Part shown: positions 36,124-43,888 of the stretch, in pieces
Layout of the letters: each line of letters opens with the position of its first letter
How positions within the stretch are numbered: the stretch's first letter is position 1
DNA from: an uncultured Candidatus Saccharibacteria bacterium
Lineage (GTDB): Bacteria; Patescibacteriota; Saccharimonadia; Saccharimonadales; JAGQNJ01
Length of the DNA: 64,000 nt
Direction of reading: 5' to 3'
NCBI GenBank assembly: GCA_964510945.1
Contig: CAZEED010000001.1
Span: forward strand, 164,577-228,576
The notes under the pieces: generated by a model
Told to the model about the DNA's origin: nothing
What the model saw: the letters and a program-made list of their open reading frames with translations, nothing else
Database searches by the model: none
Made by a program: the position numbers and the translations under genes

Positions 36124-36262
36124 TTTCCGCCAGCGGCGGATTGTCGGCACAAAGTAATAAAACGCGAGCATCAGCTCGCAAGCTTATAATATGAGTCAAA
36201 TTGTCGCTTTGTAGTCTTTGGTAGCTGACTAAAAATGTAAGGAGTTAGATATTAAAGCTCTA

Positions 36263-36637
36263 TCAATTATTTTGAAACGATTTTTCAAACTCTGTACTGT
36301 CTATAAAAACATTGCCACCCGGAGTCGTGCATTTATATTGAGCTGGATTACTTCCCAAAACAATAACACCTTCTGGATATTTTTCTGCGCATTCTGCGTA
36401 TGAAAAAATACTTTCCGTAAAAACGTTGCCGCCTGGGGTTGTGCATTCGTATTGGGCTGGGTCACTACCTTTAACTAAAACTCCTTCTGGAAAGTTTTTT
36501 GCACATTCTGCGTATGAGTTAACATAAACAACTAAACCTATTTTTTGCAGATAAAATATCCCAAATGCAATTAATAATATTGCCAAAACACATACTGATA
36601 TAAAGGTTGTTTTTTTATTTTTATTCTTTTTTACCAT
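36263..36637 (-). CDS. small membrane-anchored protein with an internal tandem Cys-containing repeat
   Basis: The start at MVKKNKNKK is preferred. One TM helix, then two copies of YAECA-x-(N/K)(F/Y)PEGV-x-V-x-GS(D/N)PAQY-x-CTTPGGNVF. Confidence 0.6.
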   Translation of the reverse strand: MVKKNKNKKTTFISVCVLAILLIAFGIFYLQKIGLVVYVNSYAECAKNFPEGVLVKGSDPAQYECTTPGGNVFTESIFSYAECAEKYPEGVIVLGSNPAQYKCTTPGGNVFIDSTEFEKSFQNN

Positions 36638-36827
36638 TATATGTAGCATACAGATAAATATAAGCACAAACAACATCAATCTATGCTAGAGAATCGTCTG
36701 ATTAACGGAGTCGCTCAGAGAAAAACAGCTTGCCACCCTAAACAGACGAGAAATATGTGAGGTAGGGGTTGCATGACTAGTGTCACTGACCAGTTAACGG
36801 GGATTTTTGATCTTTGTTGATACTTTT

Positions 36828-37493
36828 TTAGGCTACTTTTTGGCGTTGGGCATCTGCGGGACGCACAATTATATCGATATCATGTGTCGCTCGGTGCAGG
36901 GTAGCAAAAACTTGATCGCCGGTAACCAGTTCTGCGATAGCAATAGGCTGATCATTAAGTGGCAGATTATTTACGAAATCGAGACTTATATCTTGTTCAG
37001 TCCCTAGTGTCGTTCCAAGAGCTCCTAATAATCTCATCGTATCCTCATTACGCTTTATAGAAGATTCGCCAAATCTTTTGGCTTTCTTAAATGTGCCCTT
37101 GGGCTCATGGGTTGTATGGAATATCCCGATTTGAATACCAGTGTCTCTAACTCGAACATTATTGTAACGTGTACCGCCAGGAAGAGTAAGTGTTGATCGG
37201 GAGTGTTCACCTTTAAATGTCCCAGCGACAACATACTCAACTATTGTTTTTGCCACTTCATATGCTCTATATGGGTCGTTGTATTTGTCACGTGCGATTG
37301 CGCCTAACATAGTTGGAATAAATTGCTCTAGCCCGTTAGCGGCTGGTTCCGGTTGATTGGGTATTTGTTCTAAGTAATGCCCAGATTCGCGTTCTAACAA
37401 ATAACCGAGTTCAGCCTCTGCCCACTGGCAAGCTGTCTCACGTCTATTTAAATTGGCATCATATTGTGCTTCTAAATCGAAATTCTTTGGCAT
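36828..37493 (-). CDS. hypothetical protein
   Basis: 221-aa ORF with no motif recognised. Confidence 0.5.
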   Translation of the reverse strand: MPKNFDLEAQYDANLNRRETACQWAEAELGYLLERESGHYLEQIPNQPEPAANGLEQFIPTMLGAIARDKYNDPYRAYEVAKTIVEYVVAGTFKGEHSRSTLTLPGGTRYNNVRVRDTGIQIGIFHTTHEPKGTFKKAKRFGESSIKRNEDTMRLLGALGTTLGTEQDISLDFVNNLPLNDQPIAIAELVTGDQVFATLHRATHDIDIIVRPADAQRQKVA

Positions 37494-37601
37494 TTTACTC
37501 CGTTTTTTGTAAACAATATATTATAACGCTTATAGCTAACTATTGCAATACCTTATAAGATAAGCATTTAAGGTAATGCTGCTCTAATGTTCCCTTATAT
37601 G

Positions 37602-38504
37602 CTAGTTTGCCGTCCATAGCCACTGCATTGCATCTACTGAAATGGTTGTCGGGTATATCGTCGGATTACCAGTAGGCAAATTCTCACTGTCAATCGCAAG
37701 TACAAATCGTCCGCCAGAATTGGCTACTGGACTGGTAAATCTAAGTTCAATAACAGGTGCCGGGATATTATCAAGGATTACGGCTACCAGTTGATTATCT
37801 AGCCCCTGATAGGCGCCAGTGACGCTACCGAGCGCATTGTCCTCGGTGTTACGGTCTAGCAAACTAAACACCGCTAGGCTATTATCCATTGTGCCATTAG
37901 AGACGGCGTTTTTTATGCGAATACCAACCAGTTTTGCCTTAGATGTTGGTGGCGTTGGCGAAAGCCAGAACTCGCCGTAGAGTCCAATATCATTAGTAGA
38001 CCCCGGCAGCGTAAATGTGTATTGTCCGCTGTTTCTTGTTGTACTGGCAAACCCAGACACAGGGTCGTGAACGCTATGCGGTGGATCTGTCATAATCGGA
38101 AAAGGGAAGTCCTCGAGTGGTTGGCCTGAGCGTTTTTCTGTCGTATATGCTGGAACCGTCGCTGTACTAGAAGTAGAAGTAGAGCCAGAACTATCCTCGG
38201 CTGAAGAGTTAGTACTAGTTGAACCAGTTGTCCCTGACGAGGAATCGGTATTATTACTTTTTGATTGACTTTTTGAATTCTTTTTAGTTGTTTTTTTGTT
38301 GGTTTTAGTATTCTGTTTTGGCTGTTCGCTACTATCGATAATAGACGTCGAATTGGGGATATTTGGCGGTGAGTTACTATTAAGGCCATAGGCTACTACG
38401 CACAAGATAATAACTATACAGGCCAACAATCCACCTACGAGCAAACAAGGATGTTTATTATAAAGTTTTAAGAGATTATTTCTTATGGTGTTTGTTTTTT
38501 TCAT
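37602..38504 (-). CDS. membrane-anchored or secreted protein with a Ser/Thr/Lys-rich linker
   Basis: The start at MKKTNTIRNN is preferred. N-terminal TM helix, low-complexity S/T/K/N region, and a C-terminal globular domain. Confidence 0.6.
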   Translation of the reverse strand: MKKTNTIRNNLLKLYNKHPCLLVGGLLACIVIILCVVAYGLNSNSPPNIPNSTSIIDSSEQPKQNTKTNKKTTKKNSKSQSKSNNTDSSSGTTGSTSTNSSAEDSSGSTSTSSTATVPAYTTEKRSGQPLEDFPFPIMTDPPHSVHDPVSGFASTTRNSGQYTFTLPGSTNDIGLYGEFWLSPTPPTSKAKLVGIRIKNAVSNGTMDNSLAVFSLLDRNTEDNALGSVTGAYQGLDNQLVAVILDNIPAPVIELRFTSPVANSGGRFVLAIDSENLPTGNPTIYPTTISVDAMQWLWTAN

Positions 38505-38665
38505 ATAACTACAAATCATTCTAAAGTATAACAGCCAGGTATATTAATAGAATCGTAAAATTGCCAGCGGTAACAATTGATTTTTTGTCGAAACTATTAG
38601 AGGCTTCACTATTTAACAGATTCACATATTTACATATGGTTCAGTTTATGTTACTATCATTGAAT

Positions 38666-39514
38666 ATGACGGAATTTGATCAAGATCAATTTAATTTTGA
38701 TGTCCCACAAGAATTAGGTGGAGGCATTATCGCTGAAGAAGAGTATCGGCCAACACCCGGCACCGAAGCTTTGCTTGGTGCACTTCTACTTGACGAACCT
38801 CAGTTCGTGAGTGAAGTGGGGACCCTTGTCGGTCAATTGCTGAATCCTTCTGGCGAACAATACATAGATAATGTTTTTGAAGATGGTAGCGAAGTCTTAA
38901 GATATTTTCATAGCACTGAAAGTCTAAATATCGATAGATATGACATCGCCGAAGCTATACGTCTAACAAAACCAGTTGGTAACCTTATTGATGCTCAATC
39001 ATCTCTAGGCGTCGAACCCACATCAGAACAAGTAAAATTTTTAGCCCGAACCACAGATCTAGGTCTTTTACTGGAAGTTATTGATGAGGAACTAACTAAA
39101 CCTTATCGTTTGAGTGAAGAATCTGAAGCAGAATCTTCACCACACATAGTTGGATCTTACGTCATAGAAAACGATGTTGTAGATGCAGTTTACTTAAGCC
39201 AGGTGACATCGAGTTCTCCTTACTTAAGAGCCAAACAGGACAGTGGCGAAGCCTCGCTTACTGACGACGAACAGCAAGTTAGAGATTTTTACGAGGGACG
39301 AGTTGGAAAAATCGGTTTTAGCGTCTTGTCAGCAGTTCACACATTGATGATTGCTGAAGCTATAGATGAGATCAGACGAAAATCTGCGTCAGGAAAAGTC
39401 AGCGTACATAGTGCCGGTCCTATGCATCGTAAATTAGTGTGGTTTGGCAAACAAGTTGAGCTAGATCAAGACTGGGTTAGTATCGTAGCCGGCGGAAACG
39501 CATCCCAAAACTAA
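38666..39514 (+). CDS. hypothetical acidic protein (start uncertain; the ORF is open from 38561)
   Basis: TTTACA, 17 nt, TACTAT, then 8 nt to the ATG at 38666. No motif recognised. Confidence 0.5.
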   Translation: MTEFDQDQFNFDVPQELGGGIIAEEEYRPTPGTEALLGALLLDEPQFVSEVGTLVGQLLNPSGEQYIDNVFEDGSEVLRYFHSTESLNIDRYDIAEAIRLTKPVGNLIDAQSSLGVEPTSEQVKFLARTTDLGLLLEVIDEELTKPYRLSEESEAESSPHIVGSYVIENDVVDAVYLSQVTSSSPYLRAKQDSGEASLTDDEQQVRDFYEGRVGKIGFSVLSAVHTLMIAEAIDEIRRKSASGKVSVHSAGPMHRKLVWFGKQVELDQDWVSIVAGGNASQN

Positions 39515-39523
39515 CCAATAAAT

Positions 39524-40417
39524 CTAATTAATCAAAGTTTGTAACCCAACCCACACATATTCCCATGGCTCTGGCTCTGGGCCCTGGGTATCTGCACCTT
39601 CGGGATAACTTGGTAGAAGCCCAACAGATTTTGCGACTTTATAATTATCCTTTTTTAACCAATCAAAACAAACCGTATATTTAAAGGATTTTTGCCCATT
39701 ACCACATACAAAATCCATGGTATAGCCATTATGATGCCTAGAGTAGCCTGGAGGGGCAGTAGACAATAGCACACTAGCAATTTTGTCATCAACCGAACCG
39801 CTAGAGATCTTTGCAACATCAACACCGGCTGATGATAATCTAGACAGGAATAGACTCTTTTGAAGCTCTATCGATCGATAGCCAGAATTCAGCTTTAACG
39901 GCACACCGGCGCGCTCAGCTTTATTCTTTAGAGCCTTCCAAGACAAAAAGGCTTTCGGTTGGAGCAAATCATCTTCGCCAAGTCCTGGCTCGTTGGTCTT
40001 TACAATCGGTAATTTAGGGACAGATCTTAGCTGGTAGCCACGGCTTTCTGCGATGGTACGGATTCGATTATCAGCACTCGTATTGCCTGTGATATCGGGT
40101 GGCGCAGTTAATTCTGCGGTATTAGGATAGACTATATCTTCGTATAGCTTCTGAATCTCATCACCAGTTAGATAATTAAAGTTGGTATCGCTAACCCCGG
40201 CAACCTTTGACGAGTCAACTTCAATACTGGTAGCCAGAGTCGCATTAACATCTTGGTGATTAAGCGCTGTTTTTTTATAAGAGTTAGCCAGGGACAAAAA
40301 TAACAAACTAATAATTATAAACCCAGAGATTATAACCAGCGGGCGGGTGTGACTGCGTTTTTTAATTGCCACTTTTTTACGAGATTGATGCCTAGTTTTT
40401 GGTTCGATTATTCTCAT
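39524..40417 (-). CDS. D-alanyl-D-alanine carboxypeptidase, VanY/M15 family, membrane anchored
   Basis: N-terminal TM helix, with SGYRSIELQ, GYSRHHNGYTMDF and EPWEYVWVG. Confidence 0.75.
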   Translation of the reverse strand: MRIIEPKTRHQSRKKVAIKKRSHTRPLVIISGFIIISLLFLSLANSYKKTALNHQDVNATLATSIEVDSSKVAGVSDTNFNYLTGDEIQKLYEDIVYPNTAELTAPPDITGNTSADNRIRTIAESRGYQLRSVPKLPIVKTNEPGLGEDDLLQPKAFLSWKALKNKAERAGVPLKLNSGYRSIELQKSLFLSRLSSAGVDVAKISSGSVDDKIASVLLSTAPPGYSRHHNGYTMDFVCGNGQKSFKYTVCFDWLKKDNYKVAKSVGLLPSYPEGADTQGPEPEPWEYVWVGLQTLIN

Positions 40418-40493
40418 AGCTTTTATATCTTGCTTTAGTTTATCATCCTAATTGTATAACAACAGATAATAAGCTACAATTTAACCGTTATAT

Positions 40494-40531
40494 TTCGGGA
40501 TCGTCTTTCGCCAGCCGGCGAAGTTAGGACA
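40494..40531 (+). pseudogene. partial duplicate of the tRNA-Gln 5' portion (acceptor and D-arm) with a hairpin in place of the D-loop
   Basis: TTCGGGATCGTCT (13 nt identical to tRNA positions 1-13), then TTCGCC-AGCC-GGCGAA, then AGGACA (identical to the tRNA D-stem 3' side). Confidence 0.5.
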
Positions 40532-40541
40532 TCAAATATAG

Positions 40542-40615
40542 TTCGGGATCGTCTAATGGTAGGACACTGGTTTTTGGTACCAGCAATCTAGGTTCAAATC
40601 CTAGTCCCGAAGCCA
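40542..40615 (+). tRNA. tRNA-Gln (anticodon TTG)
   Basis: Acceptor TTCGGGA/TCCCGAA, D-arm GTCT-AATGGTA-GGAC, anticodon stem CTGGT/ACCAG with loop TTTTGGT, T-arm CTAGG-TTCAAAT-CCTAG, and an encoded GCCA end. Confidence 0.9.
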
Positions 40616-40721
40616 TCCTTCGTCGCAAACCCCTTGAGGGGTTAGCTATGAAGGATTGTTGCGTTATATGGATTTGAACCTCGGTCGTAAATAGCCTGAT
40701 GGCTATTTACGTTTTATTTAC

Positions 40722-41231
40722 TTGTCTGTATGCGCGCTGGCTTTGCCAGCTGCAGCAGCGACACAAACGTGTAGTGTAGAGGACGTAACACTAGGTGTTG
40801 CCGGTTGTCTACAAAGTAGCACAGAGGTAACAGAAGACAGTCCAACAAACGGTAGCGGGAACCAAGCTACTCAAGGTGGAACTGTAGTTGACGGTAACTG
40901 TAATGTTCTATCTAACCAAGCTGGTAACGGCGGAGACGGTGGAGACGGTGTTGGAGCTGTTATAGGAGCAGGTCAAGGTGGAAACGGCGGTAATGGCGGA
41001 AACGCAACAGCCAATCCTGACTGCAGCACTACAAACGTAACAAACGTTACAAAGACTGTTGCAGAAAAACAAGAAGTTGTTGCACAAGTATCTAGCGCAC
41101 CAAAAGGTGGAGTACACGCTGGATTCGGTAGCACAGCAACAAAAAGTTCAAGCACAGTAGCACTTGTTGGCCTAACAGGTTCACTAAGTGTTGTTGGTCT
41201 TGGCTTACGATTCCTAAAAGGGGAACTATAA
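40722..41231 (+). CDS. Gly/Asn-rich putative surface protein with a C-terminal hydrophobic anchor
   Basis: TTG start with a short signal-like N-terminus (ALALPAAAA). GNGGDGGDG...GQGGNGGNGGN repeats. C-terminal VALVGLTGSLSVVGLGL followed by RFLK. Sits upstream of the sortase. The start is uncertain. Confidence 0.5.
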   Translation: MSVCALALPAAAATQTCSVEDVTLGVAGCLQSSTEVTEDSPTNGSGNQATQGGTVVDGNCNVLSNQAGNGGDGGDGVGAVIGAGQGGNGGNGGNATANPDCSTTNVTNVTKTVAEKQEVVAQVSSAPKGGVHAGFGSTATKSSSTVALVGLTGSLSVVGLGLRFLKGEL

Positions 41232-41258
41232 GTTACTGATCTATAAAGGAGTAGTTTG

Positions 41259-42191
41259 TTGAGTAGGACAACGAAATTCAAACAATTTAAACGGCGGCTA
41301 GGGAGAAACTGGCTGCCGTTTAATTTACTCTATATATCTAGGCTACCCGCTAAAGACTTCAAACGGGTATCGATCAAACAAGTACCATTAAGTAGACATT
41401 CTCATTTATTAATACATCTTCGTGCCTACAGAACGAATAAAAATAACCGTAAAAAGTTTTTTTTAACTATTCCCATAATCCGGATTTATGGATCGATTCT
41501 AAAAGAGATTAATTTATCGCTTAAAAAAGTTTCAAAATCACGAAAACGCAAGACAAAAAATAGAAAACTCCAACTTAATAAGTACAGCTATGCAAAAATA
41601 TTAATAGTTATCGGCGTAATCGGAATTGGGGCTACTCTATTTTCACTAAAAAAAGAATCTGTCCCAGCAAATTTTAGCACTACGACTTCTGTTATCCCAG
41701 TACAGACAGCACAGCCAATCCAGAGTCAAAAATCATATCTCAAAAAATCAAAACCAATAAGCCTGAAGATTCCCTCAATCGGAGTGTCGAGTGATATTAT
41801 CAGCGTTGGCAAGTTACCAGACAATTCCATGCAGACGCCTAATAACGGCACCCAAGTAGGTTGGTACAAATATAGCCCATCACCAGGTCAAATCGGGCCA
41901 TCCGTTATCGTGGGGCACGTGGATTGGATTAATGGACCGGCAGTTTTCTGGAGCCTTCGCGACCTAAAATCTGGTGACGTTATCAAAGTTAAACGTGAAG
42001 ACAAAAAAGTCGTGGAGTATAAAGTTGAAAAGATTCAGCAATTCAGCCAAGACAATTTCCCGACAAAGGCCGTCTATGGGAACACTGATACGGCAGCACT
42101 ACGTCTAATCACTTGTAGTGGTACATTTGATAGTTCTACATATCAGTATGACAAAAACATTGTAGTGTTTGCCAAAGCCACCAACATTTGA
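41259..42191 (+). CDS. sortase family transpeptidase
   Basis: Catalytic VIVGHVD and LRLITCSG (TLxTC-type) motifs, and a TM helix ILIVIGVIGIGATLF. The only canonical starts are the TTG codons at 41256/41259 after AAGGAG, and the first roughly 90 aa are very basic and low in complexity. Confidence 0.75.
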   Translation: MSRTTKFKQFKRRLGRNWLPFNLLYISRLPAKDFKRVSIKQVPLSRHSHLLIHLRAYRTNKNNRKKFFLTIPIIRIYGSILKEINLSLKKVSKSRKRKTKNRKLQLNKYSYAKILIVIGVIGIGATLFSLKKESVPANFSTTTSVIPVQTAQPIQSQKSYLKKSKPISLKIPSIGVSSDIISVGKLPDNSMQTPNNGTQVGWYKYSPSPGQIGPSVIVGHVDWINGPAVFWSLRDLKSGDVIKVKREDKKVVEYKVEKIQQFSQDNFPTKAVYGNTDTAALRLITCSGTFDSSTYQYDKNIVVFAKATNI

Positions 42192-42830
42192 TTAAGCGGG
42201 TGGGGGAGTGGTATCGATTTTTCTGACAGTTTTTTTGAGTTTTTTGCCATTCTCATCTATTTCATAAATTAGAATCTCGCCAAAAATCATTTCAACCTTA
42301 CTTATATTCTCATCCGAAATGGACTCAATGTATTTAACTAACGAACGTATTGAGTTACCGGATGCTGCAAGCAGGATATTCTTGCCATCTAGTAACTGAG
42401 GCAAAACAGTTTTTTTATAAAAGGGGACTACTCTTTCGTAAACCATTTTTAAAGTCTCGCCATTTGGCACCGGATGATTCCAACCTCTGCGAATTAGCTC
42501 AAATTCTTTAACGCCAACTTCTTTTTGGACTTGCCATTTATTTTTACCTGTATAGTCGCCATAATCGCGCTCGTTGATTGCGGAGGTCTGCTCATATGGC
42601 ACATCATACTGTTTGGAGGCATCTAATATAGCTTCTAGTGTCTCTAAAGCCCTAATTTGCTTAGAACTATAGGATTTGTTTATTATAATGTCTTTTAATT
42701 CATAGCCCATTAGAGTAGCCTCATGGAAGCCCTTGGCAGTCAAATGAACATCCGTTTTACCCGTCCATTTACCGACGGCGTTGTACTCGGATTCACCATG
42801 TCTAACTATAATTAATTTGCCTCTAGCCAT
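42192..42830 (-). CDS. gpmA: 2,3-bisphosphoglycerate-dependent phosphoglycerate mutase family protein (second catalytic His replaced by Ser)
   Basis: RHGESEYN at the N-terminus. LLAASGNSIRSLVKY aligns to the canonical AAHGNSLRALVKY. The Ser codon TCC is at 42360-42362. Confidence 0.8.
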   Translation of the reverse strand: MARGKLIIVRHGESEYNAVGKWTGKTDVHLTAKGFHEATLMGYELKDIIINKSYSSKQIRALETLEAILDASKQYDVPYEQTSAINERDYGDYTGKNKWQVQKEVGVKEFELIRRGWNHPVPNGETLKMVYERVVPFYKKTVLPQLLDGKNILLAASGNSIRSLVKYIESISDENISKVEMIFGEILIYEIDENGKKLKKTVRKIDTTPPPA

Positions 42831-43833
42831 TACTAACTATATTAACAGGTCTACCAGATAAATATTCTTTAATATTATATACGGTCGTATGATTTATTCG
42901 TTCGATCGCTTCAACAGTATTGTAGGCATTATGACTAGTTATCACCACATTAGGCATTGTCTTTAAGATATTAATCTCTAAGGCGTGCTCTAAAGATATG
43001 TTAGTCGGTCGCCCTTTGGTTATTAGTGTTTCTTCCTCTTCTAGATCAAGGAGTTTTTCGTCCTCGAGTACGTCAAGGCCCACTCCAGCAAGCTTTTTCT
43101 CTTCTAAGGCTCGGACTAGTTGTTTGGTATCAATTAATTCTCCTCGGGCAGTATTGATTAAAATCGCCGAGGGCTTCATCAAGTCAAACTGGGCTTTACC
43201 GATAATATGTTTGGTAGCCGGAGTCAAAGGAGTGTGGAGTGTAACAACGTCACTTTCGCGGAGAAGCTCGTTGAGCGAACATTTATCACAGCCCATTTTT
43301 TCGATTACTGATCCGTCAACATACGGGTCATGGATGACAACTTTCATACCAAAAGCCTTAGCAACCCTAGCTACATGTCGGCCTATTCGGCCAGCACCTA
43401 TAACACCGAGAGTTTTACCATGTAGATCATTGCCGTGTATCAAGTCGCTATTAATTACTTCTGTCTGGACTTGGTTAATAGCATCACGAAGTCTTCTGGT
43501 GAGCATCAAAATTAACGCAAAAGTATATTCGGTTACGGTATATTCGCCATAAGTCGGTACATTCGAGACAGTAATACCTCTTTTATGCGCTGACTTAACA
43601 TCAATATTATTAAAACCTGTTGAGCGGGCAGCGATCAAACGAATCCGCGCGAACCGTCCAATCTCTTGTGCGGTTATTTTACTTGATACAAAGATCGAAA
43701 CTATATCAGCGCCAGTCACCAGATTATTAAGTGTTAGTGGACCGTTTTCATAAACAACTTGGTTATCTTTTTCCAGAGCGGAGAATGCTTTGCGCTCGTT
43801 ATCGGTCGAATCATACACCACTATTTTTGCCAT
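42823..43833 (-). CDS. D-isomer-specific 2-hydroxyacid dehydrogenase (LdhA/SerA-like)
   Basis: NAD-binding GVIGAGRIGRHVA, with NTARG and ITSHNAY. Confidence 0.8.
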   Translation of the reverse strand: MAKIVVYDSTDNERKAFSALEKDNQVVYENGPLTLNNLVTGADIVSIFVSSKITAQEIGRFARIRLIAARSTGFNNIDVKSAHKRGITVSNVPTYGEYTVTEYTFALILMLTRRLRDAINQVQTEVINSDLIHGNDLHGKTLGVIGAGRIGRHVARVAKAFGMKVVIHDPYVDGSVIEKMGCDKCSLNELLRESDVVTLHTPLTPATKHIIGKAQFDLMKPSAILINTARGELIDTKQLVRALEEKKLAGVGLDVLEDEKLLDLEEEETLITKGRPTNISLEHALEINILKTMPNVVITSHNAYNTVEAIERINHTTVYNIKEYLSGRPVNIVSNG

Positions 43834-43852
43834 AACCAGTATTATGCCACAG

Positions 43853-43881
43853 TTGTCGTCTCAACTCCACTAAGGCATAAT
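43853..43881 (+). promoter_or_regulatory. eno promoter, probably giving a leaderless transcript
   Basis: TTGTCG (43853-43858), 17 nt, CATAAT (43876-43881), then 7 nt (AGTACTT) to the ATG at 43889. No SD. Confidence 0.45.
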
Positions 43882-43888
43882 AGTACTT

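Larger units (their letters stand above)
24352..36185. mobile_element. putative accessory/defence island bounded by nested inverted repeats (no recombinase detected)
   Basis: Outer and inner inverted-repeat pairs bracket radC, DUF3800, the type I R-M genes and associated genes. The flanks carry housekeeping-type cell-wall genes. Mobility is not demonstrated. Confidence 0.35.

Noticed and set aside
35821-36171. 116-aa minus-strand ORF overlapping the second coiled-coil gene.
   Set aside because: The plus-strand ORF has a paralogue at 24702-25007 and a promoter. The minus-strand product is low-complexity Ser/Ile-rich and runs through the outer repeat arm.
40650-40720. Second tRNA on the minus strand, suggested by GGATTTGAACC.
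   Set aside because: The flanking bases do not form a T-stem, acceptor stem or anticodon arm. Only a fragment-like match is present.
41289-41321. Hairpin AAACGGC...GCCGTTT as the terminator of the Gly-rich protein gene, which would imply a later sortase start.
   Set aside because: No T-tract follows, and no alternative canonical start codon exists downstream before the TM helix. I kept it as an open question rather than a feature.
42998-43552. 184-aa plus-strand ORF, and similar long antisense ORFs at 59698-60099, 58426-58779, 57046-57378, 55401-55682, 6553-6978, 10705-10992 and 22867-23247.
   Set aside because: All lie entirely antisense to ORFs with strong homology or operon context, and they have Ser/Arg/Cys-rich shadow-frame composition.
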